From assembly GCA_963798935.1 (NCBI GenBank), contig CAWCVG010000008.1:4752-68751 (forward strand): a stretch of 64,000 bases of DNA, read 5' to 3'. Positions 43,001 to 55,000 of the stretch are shown here, piece after piece (within the stretch, counting starts at the first letter, position 1; every line of letters begins with the position of its first letter). The DNA is from an uncultured Actinomycetes bacterium. Lineage in GTDB: Bacteria; Actinomycetota; Thermoleophilia; Gaiellales; Gaiellaceae. A model generated the notes under the pieces. It made no database searches. It saw only the letters and a list, made by a program, of their open reading frames with translations, and was not told the DNA's origin. A program made the translations under genes and the position numbers.

Positions 43001-46000
43001 AGGTGTGCTCGCCGAACGGCGTTCAGCTCGGTACCGCGTCAGCTGCGCCTCGGTGTAGGTCACCGGCGACGTGCAGGCGGTGAATCGGCTCCCGTCGAGC
43101 GAGCACACGTAGGTCACGCCGGCCTGGTCGGCGGCGAAGGTGAACGTCGCCGAGGTGTCGCCGTCGGTCGACCGAGGCGTCGGCCGGGCCGGCGGTGATC
43201 GTCGTGATCGGCGGCCCGACGACGGTCCACGTGTAGGACTCCGGCGTCGCGTCGACGTTCAGGCTCGGGTCGACCGCGCGCACGAGCAGCGTGTGCAGGC
43301 CGGGCTCGAGGTCGAGCTCGAGCGATGTTGTCCGGCGGCGCACGGCGCAGCGAGCTGAACTCGGGCACGCCGACCGGGTCGAGCGCGCACTCGAAGCTCG
43401 CGTCGGGCTCGTTGCTGGAGAAGACGAACGCGGCGAGCGTCGTCGAGCGCGACCTCGGCAGGCGGGCCGGAGACGATCGTCGTCTCGGGCGCGGTCGAGG
43501 TCCTCGATCGTCCACTCCCACTCGGCCGGGATCGGCTCGGCGAGCAGGTTCTGCACGAGCGCCTGGACCTCGAACGTGTGCGCGCCGGCGAGCTGGCCGC
43601 TGTCGGCCGCTGGCGCGAGAGCTGCGGCCTCGGTGTACTCCTTCGGCGACGTCGCACACCGTGAACGGGGCGCCGTCGAGCGAGCACTGGAAGCGTGCCG
43701 CCGGGATCGTCGGCGGAGAACGTCGAACGTCGGCGTCGTGTCCGTCGGTGGCGAGCGGCGGGCTGCGTCGTGATCGTCACGACCGGCGGCGTCAGGTCGC
43801 CGATCTCCCAGCTGTACGCGGCCGGCGTCGGCTCGACGTTGCCCTCGGCGCCGACGGCGCGGACGAAGAACTCGTGCTCGCCGATCGCGAGGCCGGTGTA
43901 GCGTGACGCCGCGAGCGCGCACGGCGTGAAGGCGAGCTCCTGGTCGAGCGCGCACTCGAACGTCGCGCCGGGCTGGTTCGCCTCGAACGTGAACGTCGCG
44001 CTCGTGCTCTCGGTCTCGGCCGCCGGGACCGGTCAGGATCGTCGTCTCCGGCGGCGGCGTGACGCGCCAGTTGCGGACCGCCGGGCGTCGGGTCGACGTT
44101 GCCCGCCGCGTCGGTCGCGCGGACGCGCAGCTGGTGGCACGCCGACCGACAGGTCGCTGAGCGCGAGCGGCGAGGTGCAGGCGCTGAAGGCCGCGCCGTC
44201 GAGCGAGCACTGGAAGGTCGAGCCCGGCTCGTTGGCGGAGAACGTGAGCGTGGCGCTCGTGCTCGCCGTCTCAGCGGGCGGCCCGGTGTCGATCGTGGTC
44301 TCCGGCGCGCGTCGTGTCCGGCGGCGCCTGCGACGTCCAGCACGTAGCTGGCCGCGGGCTCGCGTCGACGTGGCCGACGCCGTCGGTCGCGCGGACCTCG
44401 AACGTGTGCGGCGCCGACGCGCGAGGCCGGTGTACTGGCGCGGCGAGGTGCACGGCGCGAACGCGGCGCCGTCGAGCGAGCACTCGAACGTCGAGCCGGC
44501 TCGCTGGCGAGAACGCGAAGCTCGCGCTCGTGTCCTGCGGTCGTCGCGGGCGGGCCGGACGTCGATCGTCGTCTCCGGCGGCGTCGTGTCGACGATCGTC
44601 CAGGCGTAGGCTGGCCGGGCTCGGGTCGACGTTGCCGGCGTCGTCGACCGCGCGGACCTCGAACGTGTGCCGGCCGGCGGCCAGGTTCGTGTAGGTCTGC
44701 GGCGCTCGCACTCGCTCCAGGCGCTCTCGCTCTGCGCTGTCGAGGCGGCACTCGAACTCGAGCCGCGACGACCTCGCCCTCGAGCACCAGCGTGTTGTCG
44801 GTGCCGGCGAACCCGAAGCGCGCGGTGCCGGTGCTGCTCGGGTCGGCCGGCGCGCTCGACGATCTGGGTGTCGGGCGGCGTGACGTCCTCGACCGTCCAC
44901 TCGTAGATGCGCCGGCGACGGGTCGACGTTGCCGTGCGCGTCGATCGGCGCGGACGTAGAAGAAGTGGTCGCCGCCGCCGAGGCCGGTGTACGTCTTCGG
45001 CGAGGTGCAGGCGCGAACGCCTTCAGGTCGAGCGAGCACTCGAACGTCGAGCCGGTCTCGGTCGCCGCGAAGCTGAAGGTCGCGCTGGTGCTGGTGCTGA
45101 CGGTCAGCGGCGCCGAGCTCGATGTAGCGTCTCGGGCGGCGTCGTCGTCGCCCTCGACGATCGTCCAGCGTGTAGGACGCCGGCTCGAGCTCGACGTTGC
45201 CGGCGGCGTCGGTCGCCCGCACCTGGAACGTGTGCGGGCCGAGTGCGAGGCTCGCGTGTAGGTCGACCCGCGTCGTGCACGGCGTCGAACGGCGCGCCGT
45301 CGAGCGAGCACTCGAAGGTGGTGCCGAGCTCGCTCGGCGACGAAGCGGAACGTCGCGGTCGTGCTCGACGTCGGGCGGCGGCGTCAGCGTGATCGTCGTG
45401 TCGGGCGGCGTCGGTCTCGGCCGGCCGCCTGGACGGTCCAGCCGTGGAGCGCCGGCGAGATGTCGACGTGGCCGTCGGAGTCGACCGCGCGGACGGCGAC
45501 CCTGTGCCAGCCGACGGCGAGGCCGGTGTACGTGACCGGCGAGGTGCAGCGCCGCGAACGCGGCGCCGTCGAGCGCGCACTGGAAGGTCGCGCCCGGCCG
45601 TGTCGGACGGGAACTCGATCGTCGCGCTCGTCGCGGTGGTGGTGTCGGCCGGCCCGGAGGTGATCGATCGTCTCGCGGCGCCGGGACGATCGTCCAGGTG
45701 TAGCTCGCGGGCGTCGGGTCGAAGAAGTCGCTCTCGTCGACCGCGCGCACGCGCAGGGTGTGCTGGCCGAGCGGGCAGCTCGATCAGCGAGGTGGTTGAT
45801 GATCGGCTGGCCGGGCAGCGGCTCGGGCCCTTCCTCGCAGCCCTCGAAGAGGCCGCCGTCGAGCGAGCACTCGAACTCGGCCGGCTCGGTCGAGGAGAAC
45901 ACGAACGCGGCCGACGTGCTCGTCGTCGACGCCGGCGGCCCGGAGACGATCGTCGTCTCGGGCAGGTTGCCGTCGACGTCCCAGCTCCACTCCTCGGGCG

Positions 46001-49000
46001 TCATGTCGAGGACGCCGAACGGGCGTCACCGCGCGGACCTCGAGGATGTGCTCGCCGTCGGTCAGCCCGGTCAGCGTCGTACGGGTTGGCGCACGGCAGC
46101 GAACGGGCCGAGGTCGAGCGCGCACTCGAAGGTCGAGCCGCTGACGGTCGAGGAGAAGACGAAGTGTCGCGGTGCGCGCCGTTGATCTCGCCCTCGGGCC
46201 CGATGTCGATGAAGGTCTCCGGCGCCTCGACGATGGTGAAGTAGCCAGCGCGCCGGCGTCGGGTCGACGTTGACCGTCGGGTCGTTCGGGTCGATGAGCA
46301 CGGCGCGCACGCGGAAGATGTGCGTGGCCGAGCGCGAGGCCCGGAGTACTGGGACGGGGTCTCGCACTCGTCGAACGCCTCGCCGTCGATCGCGCACTCG
46401 AACGTCGCGCGCGGGTCGTTGGCGGTGAACGCGAACGGCGACGGTGGCGTCGCCGCCGGCCTCCGGGTCGATGCCGCCGGTCACGGCGGGCGGGCCGTCG
46501 GTGATCTCGTGTCGAGGCCGGTCGTGTCGATGACCGTCCACTCCTAGGTCGACGACCGGCGCGTCGACCGCGAGCCTCCTCGCCCTCGAGCACGCTGGAC
46601 CTCGAACTCGTGCGGGCCGAGCGGCAGGCCGTTGTAGGCCTTCGGCGAGCATGCACGGCGAGAACTCGCCGCCGTCGAGCGAGCACTCGTAAGATCGACG
46701 GTCCGTGCCCTCGGCGGAGAACTCGAAGCGGGCGCTGCGGTCGCTGGTCGTCAGGTCCGGGCCGGACGTGATCAGCACCGGCCGGCGGGATCGCCGCCGA
46801 TCTCCCAGCTCCACTCGGCCGGGGTCGGGTCGACGTTGCCGGCGGCGTCCACGGCGCGGACGAGGAGCTCGTGCTCGCCGAAGAGCGAGGTCGGTGTAGG
46901 ACGTACGCGGGCGCGCACGGCAGGAAGAACAGGTTCTCGACCGCCTCGTCGAGCGCGCACTCGAACCTGACGCCGGGCAGGTTGGAGGCGAAGACGAAGG
47001 TCGCGCGTCGTGCTCTCGGTGACCTCCTCCGGCCCGGAGTTGATCGAACGTGTCGGGCGGCGGGCCGACGCGTCCAGCGGTAGACCGCCGGCGTCGGGTC
47101 GACGTTGCCGAGCGCGTCGACGGCGCGGACGCGGCAGCTCGTGCGTGCCCGGGCAGCAGGTCGAGGAACTCGGCGGACTCGCGGCAGCACGGACCGAACG
47201 CGACGCCGTCGAGCGAGCACTCGAAGCTCGGCCAGCGGCTCGTTCGACGGAGAAGTCGAAGATGCGCGATCGGGCTCAGCGTCTGCGTCGGCGGGCCGGA
47301 GTCGATCGTCGTCTCCGGCGGGAGGTCGACCGTCCACTCGTGCATCGCCGGCGACTGGTCCGGGATGCCGATCGGCGCCGCGCGCGCGGACCTGGAAGCG
47401 TGTGCTCGCCCTCGGCGAGGCTCGGTGTAGGTCAGCGGCGACGCGCACGGCGTGAACGGCGCCAGGTCGAGCGAGCACTGGAAGGTCGCGCCGGCCTGGT
47501 CGGCGGAGAACGTGAACGTCGCGGTCGTCGACGTGCTCGGGTCGAGCGGAGCCGAGATGATCGTCGTCTCGGGCAGCGTCGACGTCCGTCGGGCAGCGCG
47601 ACCGTCCACTCGAAGTCGCCGGCGGCTCCTCGACGTGCAGGAACCTGTTCGTCGACTGCACCTCGAAGGTGTGGTCGCCGACGTGCAGCGTCGCGTGACC
47701 GTCACCGGCGACGTGCACGGCGCGAACTCGGCGCCGTCGAAGCGAGCACATGTACGTCACGCCGGTCTGGTCGGCCGTCCAGCTCGAACGTCGCGCTCGT
47801 GCTGGTCGTGGTCGTCGTGCCGGCGTGTTCGCGGGCACGTCGGCGGTGATCGTCGTCAGCGCCGGCCCGAGCGACGTCCAGGTGAACTCCACCGGCGTCG
47901 CGTCGACGTTCAGGCTCGGGTCGACGGCGCGCACGAGCAGCGTGTGCTGGCCGGCCTCGAGGCCGCTGAACTCGTGCCGTGTTGTCGGGCGGCGAGGCGC
48001 ACGCGCTGCACACCGGCGGCAGCGCGACCGGGTCGAGCGCGCACTCGAAGCGTCGACGCCGGGCTCGTTGCTGGCGAAGGTGAAGATCGACGGCAGGTCG
48101 ACGTTCGATCTCGGCCGGCGGCGCCGGCGCGATCGTCGTGTCGGGCGCGCGTATCGTCGTCGACCGTCCACTCCCAGATCGCCGGCACCGGCTCGGCGAG
48201 CAGGTGCAGCTTGTCGGCCGTGACCTCGAGCGTGTGCGCGCCGGCGGCAGTGCCCGGTCGCGAGCGCCAGGTCGGCCTCGGTGTACGTCACCGGCGACTC
48301 GCAGAAGTCGAGCAGGCCGCCGTCGAGCGAGCACTGGAGCGCGTGCGCGTCGGGGTCGTCGACGGTGAACGTGAACGTCGCGCTCGTGTCGTTCGTGGCC
48401 GGCGGCGGGCCCGGTGTGGATCGTCACGACCGGCGGCGTGACGTCGCCGCTCGCCCAGCTCGCAGACCGGCCGGCTCGAGGTCGACGGCGCCCATCGGGC
48501 CCTTCGCGCGCACCTCGAGCTCGTGCTCGCCGAGCGGCACGCGTGAGCGTGTACGGGTTCGGGCAGGGCTCGAACGTGCGCCGAGGTCGAGCGAGCACTC
48601 GAACGTCGCGCCGGCGGCCGGGTCGGCGGCGAAGGTGAACGTCGCCGTCGTGGTCGCCGGTCTCGGCTCCGGGCCCGGTGAGGATCGTCGTCTCCGGCCC
48701 GGCCTCGGTCGTGAAGCGGTGCTCGGCCGGCGTCGGGTCGACGTTCTCGAACTCGTCCACGGCGCGGACGCGCAGCACGTGCTCGCCGCCCGGCAGCTCC
48801 TCGAGCGGGAGGTAGTGGAACGGCGTGTCGCAGCCCTCCCACGGGCCGCCGTCGAGCGAGCACTCGAACTCGAGCTCGAACCAGGCGGTCCGTTGTCGGT
48901 GCCGCGCGAGCTCGAAGCGCAGGTGTCGGGCTCGATCAGGTCGGTCGGGCCGAGGTGCACGACCGACACGATCGTCGTGTCGGGCGGCTCGACGTCCTGG

Positions 49001-52000
49001 ACCTCCCACTCCCGACTCGGCCGGCGTCCTGGTCCTGACCGCGCTCGCCGTCGAGGTAGCGGAACTAGTTCACCGCGTAGACCTCGAACTCGTGCGTTGT
49101 CCTGCGATCAGCGGCCCGGCGATGAACGGCGAGGTGCACGGCGTCGGGCAGCGAGCCGTCGACCGAGCACATGAAGGTCACGTCCGCCTGGTCGGAGTCG
49201 AACGTGAACGTCGCGCTCGCGCGCGCCGCTGATCTCGGGCGGGCCGGAGGTGATCGATCGTCTCGGGCTCGCCGACGACGGTCCAGGTGTGGCTGCGCCG
49301 GCGTCGGGTCGACGTTCTCGAGAGGTCGATCGCGCGCGCCTCGAGCGTGTGCTGGCCGGCGGTCAGGCCGGTCGAGCTCGAGCACGGCGACTCGCAGCCC
49401 GCGAACTGCTCGCCGTCGAGCGAGCACTCGAACTCCTCGACGCAGCTCGTTGCTCTGGAAGCCGAAGATCACGTCCGGGCCGGAGACGCGTCCGGCGGCG
49501 TGCGACGATGAACGTGTCCGGCGGGTCGGTGTCGAGCGGCGGGATGACCAGCCACTCGTACGAGCTCGGGCGTCGAGTCGACGACGCCGGTCGGGCTCGA
49601 CCGCGCGCACCTGGAAGACGTGCGGGCCGATCGTCGAGGCCCTCGACCGTGTGCGGCGTGGTGCACGGCGTGAAGTCGGCGCCGTCGAGCGAGCACTCGA
49701 AGTCGAAGACGGGCGTGCCCGTGTCGAAGTCCTCGCCGAGGAACTCGAACATCGCGATCGTGCCCTCGGTCTCCTCCTCCGGGCCGAGCTCGATCGACGT
49801 GTCGGGCGCGTTGAGGTCGACGTAGGTCCACGTGCGCTTCGCCGGCGTCGGGTCGACGTTGCCCATCTCGTCGATCGCGCGGACCTGCGACCGTGTGCTG
49901 GCCGTACGCGCCCTCCTCGACCTCGACCTCGTAGGGCACGCCCGGCACGCCCGGCGTGGCCAGGATCGGAGGAGCAGGAGCCGAGCAGGACGCCGTCGAG
50001 CAGGCACTCGAACTCGAGGTCGAGGTCGATCGTCTGGTCGTCGATGCCGGTGAACTCGACAGCACGATCTGGTTCGCCGTCAGACGCTCGGCGGGCCCTT
50101 GACGATCCGCGTGTCGGGCGGCGTCGTGTCGAGCGGCGAGCGCGACCTCCCACTCGTAGAGCGTGGGCACGCATCTGCGGCGAGCTCGCCGAGCGGGCTC
50201 GATCGCCTGGACCTCGAACTTGTGGCTCGCCGGTCTCGAGCTGCGTGTAGGTCACCGGCGACTCGCACAGCGTGAACGGCAGGCCGTCGAGCGAGCACTG
50301 CAGCATCGCGCCGGGCACGTCCGACGGCGAAGGTGAACGTCGCGCGTGCTCGTCTCGGTGAGGAGGTCGGGCCCGGTCGAGGATCGTCGCGAGCGGCGCC
50401 ATCGTCGGAGCCGTGCGGCGAGCGCGAAGAGGCCGAAGTCCTCGGGCTCGGCGCAGACCAGGCCGGCGATCGGAGTCGTTCCTGAGCGTGATGTCGGTCC
50501 ACTCGCTGCCGTCGTACTCGAGCAGGCGGGCGGGGCCCTCGGCGTAGTCGGCCGGGTCGTACGGCAGGCAGAGCGCTGACGGGCTCGCCGTACTCGGCGG
50601 TCGTGTGGATGTCGAAGAAGCGGCCGCGCCGCCGTAGCCGGGCAGCGTCGATCGGCGGGCCGCCGTCGAGCTCGTCGAGCGCGGTCGCGCCGGCGATGCT
50701 GACCTCGAAGAAGTGAGCGTCGCGTCGCCGGCGCCGCCGGCGATCGGCAGCGTCGACGCTCGACGTTGTTCCCGACCGGCGTGTTCGGCGCGGCCGCGCA
50801 CGACCGTCCAGCGGTAGCTCCGCCGGGGTCGGGTCGACGTTCTCGGCACGTCGACGGCGCGCGACGTGCAGGACGTGCTCGCCGGCGAGCAGGTCCTCGA
50901 AGACCGCGCCGGCGACTCGCAGCCGCCGAAGCCCTCGAAGTCGAGCGAGCACTCGATCGTCGCGGTCGCCCTCGTTCGAGGCGAAGCCGAAGTACGCGTT
51001 CGGGCTGGCGGTCGTCGCGCGCGGCCCGTACGTGATCGCCGTGTCGGGCGGCGTCGTGTCGACGACGGTCCACTCGTAGTGACCGACGACCGGCTCGTAG
51101 AGCGGCTCGAGCGGCTCGCCGTCGGATGTCGAGGAACGGTCGGGTGGGTGCGCGTAGACCTCGAACTCGTGCTCGCCCGGCGGCCAGGCCGCGGGATCGT
51201 CGAACGGCGACGTGCACGGGCCGGGTCGCCGCCGTCGAGCGAGCACACGAAGAAGACGTCGCCGCTCGGTCGGGAGCGGTCAGCGCGAACTCGAACGTGG
51301 CCGACTGGTTCTCGCTCTCGATGTCGGGGCCGGAGTCGATGATCGTGAGCGGCGGCGTCACGTCGCCGATCTCGCCACTCGTACTCGACCCACTGCTCCT
51401 CCCAGATCGCCGTCCGGGTCCTGCGCGAGGACGGCGAACACGTGCTCGCCGAGCGGCGAGGTCCGGTGTACGTCTCTCCGGCGAGCTGCAGTTCTCGTCG
51501 AGCACGCCGTCGAGCCAGCACCAGTAGGTCGAGCCGGGCGTGTCGGCCGCGAACGTGAACGTGGCGCTCGTGCTCTCGGTGATCTCGTCCGGCGGGCCGG
51601 AGAGGATGGTCGTGACCGGCGGCGGCTTGACGTCCCACTCGTAGCGCGCCGGCGTCGGGTCGCAGTTGCCCGCGGCGTCGCGCGCGCGGACGAGCAGCAC
51701 GTGCGTGCCGCGCGTGAGGTCGGAGAACTCGATCCGGCGAGTGCAGGAGCTGTACGCCGTGCCGTCGAGCGCGCACTGGAACGTCAGCGGCGCCGACGCG
51801 GTTGTCGCGTGCCGGTGAACTCGAACGTCGCGACCGCTCCTGCGTGACCGCGCGGCGGCCCGGTGAGGATCCGCGTGTTCGGCGGCGATCATGTCGGGCC
51901 CGAGCTCGACGTCCCACTCGTAGAGCGACCGGCGGCTCCTCGACGACGCCCTCGGGGTTGGTCGCGCGGACCTGGAACTCGTGCTCGCCGTCCTCGACCG

Positions 52001-55000
52001 TGAAGAAGCACCGGCGACGGCACGAGACGCACGGTCGCCCGAATTCGGCCGCCGTCGTAGCGAGCACTCGAACGTCGAGCCGGGCTGGTCGGCCGCGAAC
52101 GCGAAGACCGCGTGTCTCGCTCGTTGCTGACGAGACGCCCTCGGCGTTCGAGCGTGCCGGGCCGGCGTGATCGTCGTCACGGCGGCGGCACGACCGTGAA
52201 CGTGCGGACCTCGGCCGGCGTCGGGTCGACGTTCAGCGCGAGGTCGATCGCCGGATGCGAAGGTGTGCTGGCCCGGCCTCGAGGCCCTCGCATGGACTCG
52301 GGCGACTCGCACGGCTCCCACGGGTCGACGTCGAGCTGGCACTCGAACGTCGAGCTCGAGCATCCGGCGTCGCGTTGTCGGTGCCGTGAAGGCGACGTCC
52401 AGGAACTCGAACTCGGACTCCGGGATGACCGGGATCTCGGATCGGCGGGTTCTCGAGCCGATCTCGCCGGCGGCCGGTGAGTGATCGCCGGTGCTGGGCG
52501 GCGTCGTGTCCGCCGTCATCGTCCACGTGTAGGTCGGCCGGCGTCGGGTCGACGTTGCCCTCGAAGTTCGGGTTCGGCTGCTCGGGTTCTCGAACGCGGC
52601 TCGGCCATGTCGATCGCGCGCACCTCGAACGTGTGCTGGCCCGGCGCCATCTGCGGGTCCTCGTAGGTGTAGAGGTCGAGCAGGTTGAACGGGCTCGTGC
52701 ACTCCTCCCAGTCGAGCTCGTTGGTGCTGTCGATGCGGCACTCGAACGTGAGCAGCTCGCGGCGGCGTCAGGTCGTCGGTGCCGGTGAACTCGAAGATCG
52801 TCGAGCTCGAGCTCGGGCGCGGGCGCACGCTCGATCGTCAGGTCTCCGGCGGCGTGATGTCGCTGCGCGTCGACGATCTCCCACTCGTACTCGGACGGCC
52901 TCGACCTGCTCGACGCCGTCGGCGTCGGTGCGCGATGACGCGCAGCATGTGGTCGCCGGGCGAGCAGGCTCTCGTACGTGACCGGCGGCGTGCACGGCAC
53001 GAACGGCTCGAGGTCGAGCGAGCACTCGAAGGTCGCGTCGGCGACGTTGGCCTCGAAGTCGATGATCGCGGTCGTGCTCAGCGTCTCGCCGCCGGTGGCC
53101 GGGTCGAGCGGCGTCTCGGGCGGCGTGAAGCCCGTCGACTCGGGATGCGGCCCGGGCAGGAAGATCGTGTGCGACGCCGAGCAGGCTCCAGGTGTAGGTC
53201 GCCGGCTCGCCGACGTTGCCCTCGAAGTCGATCGCGCGCACGAGAACGTGTGCGGGCCGACCTCGGTCTCGTCGAGGCCCCACTCGAAGCCGCCGCGGTT
53301 CATGTGCTGCGCAGCCTCGAACCCGCACGGCTCGTACGGCCAGAAGTCGACCTTGCACTCGAAGGTGACGTCGGGCTCGTTGGAGTGGAACGTGAAGATG
53401 CGCGTCCGTGCAGCCACGTCTCGGCCTGCGGCTTCAGGTCGATGATCGCCTCGGGCGGCGTCGCCGGCCGGCAGCGGCTGGTACGCCCACATGAACTTCG
53501 CGGGCGTCGAGTCGGCCAGGCCGGCTCCGTTCAGGTCGATCGCGCGCACCTCGAAGGTGTGGACGCCGGGCGAGAGGTTGAGGATCTCCGCCGGGTACTC
53601 GCAGTCCTCCCACGCGAGCGGGTCGTGTGCTGTCGATGCGGCACTCGAACACGAGCTCGTGGATGGGCGTGACGTTGTCGCTGCCCATGTAGGTGAAGCT
53701 CGCGTTCCGGCTGTCGCTGGGGTTGGCCGGATGGTCGACGATCCACGTCTCCGGCTCGCCCGGAACGGCCCCGGTCGTGCAGATGACGCTGTAGCACTGC
53801 TCGAACTCGGCGTTGCCGGCGGCGAAGTTGCCGCCGCGGTCGATCGCGCCGATGGCGGCGTAGATGCCCCAGCCGCCGTTCACGCGGGCGCTGTTGTCCT
53901 TGACGATGTGGCCGGCGCCCTCGATGCGAGATGCCGTCGCCGCCGTTGCGCGTCGGCGTTGTTGCCCTCGAGCCAGTTGCCCTGGCCGAGCGGGCGCGGA
54001 GTCGGCGATCTCGATGCCCTCGCCGCCGTTCTCGTGCGCCGTCGTTGTCGATGACCTCGTTCCGGAACGACAGCTCGCCGATCTCGATGCCGATGCCGAG
54101 CGTGCCGCTGGCGTTGTTGCCCTCGATGCGGTTGTCGTACGACTCGCCGAGCTCGATGCCGCTCTTGGCGCCGCGGAGGTCGTTGGCGCTTGATGAGCGT
54201 TGTCGTGCGCCAGCTCCATCGAGACGCCGGCCGCGAGGACGTCGCGGATGCGGTTGTGGATGACGGCGACGCTCGACGACTCGACGATCAGGACGCCGCC
54301 GGCGCCTTCCTCGATCGTGTTGTCCTCGATGTGGACCCGGTTCGTCGGCAGGAGCTCCTCGCCGAGCGTGATGCCGCCGCCGTGGTTCTCGGTCATCGTG
54401 TTGTTGACGATGCGGTGGTCGGAGCCGCCGATGGAGCCGATGGCGTTACCGCCCGAGGTGGCGATCTCGTTCTCCTCGATGCGCGCGCCTGTCGCGTGCT
54501 CGAGGTAGATGCCGTCCTGGGAGCTCAGGGCGAACTCGTTGTGGCGGATGATCGCGTTCTTCGTGCCGCTGTACATGGCGATGCCGTAGCCGTTCGAGAC
54601 CAGCGTGTTCCGCTCGATGATGTTGCCCAGGCCGTTCTGGTCGGCGTCGGCGAGCCCGATGCCGCCCTCCTGGTTCAGCTCCAGCCGCAGGTCGCGCACG
54701 ATGTTCGACCCCGTGCCCGGGTTGAGCATGACGCCGTAGTCGAACTCGTGGACCGTCGCCGTTCATGATCGTGACGTTGTCGAAGCCCATGTTCGTGATG
54801 CCGCCGCCCAGGCCGACGCCGTCGATCGTGTGCCCGTTCAGGTCGAGCGTGATGCTGCCGGTACCGATGACGAGAGCGTTGTCCGGGCACTCGAGCAGGT
54901 CGTTCATCACCTTGACGCTCTCGAGCAGCACCTCGCCGCAGACGACCTCGCGGGCGACCGGAGCCGGGCGCACGCGCCAGATGTGGGTCGCCGTCGCCTC

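Larger units (their letters stand above)
33366..53775 (-). repeat. gene A main array of the two-cysteine Ig-like repeat (about 70 copies estimated from length, not counted), in short (about 84 aa) and long (about 95-105 aa, G(S/T)DN...(Y/F)EC(R/K)(L/F)D) variants
   Basis: Representative in-frame copies: TFTFNANEIDSAFECSLDAAPFADCESPMTYTALASGPHTFQVRAIDGAGNVDPSADSYSW; TLTFTGSDNLDAVADLRYECRFDGDTEFTACTSPRTYTGLAQGAPYSFDVRAVDQAGNADPTPATWTW; IVFSGTDNTTPAESLTFECSIDGTNWAACTSPYELTGLTPGAYTARVRAIDEFGNV. Further copies flank the beta-helix modules (59761-60377, 56960-57790, 54990-55510) and follow the tandem DNRLRE pair (31549-32354, 3 copies). Confidence 0.8.

Noticed and set aside
22588-53775. Regular ~255-290-nt periodicity that might suggest a CRISPR array or satellite DNA
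   Set aside because: - The units are far longer than CRISPR repeat-spacer units.
- There is no alternation of an identical repeat with unique spacers.
- Every unit translates on the minus strand into the same conserved protein repeat, so it is a coding tandem repeat.
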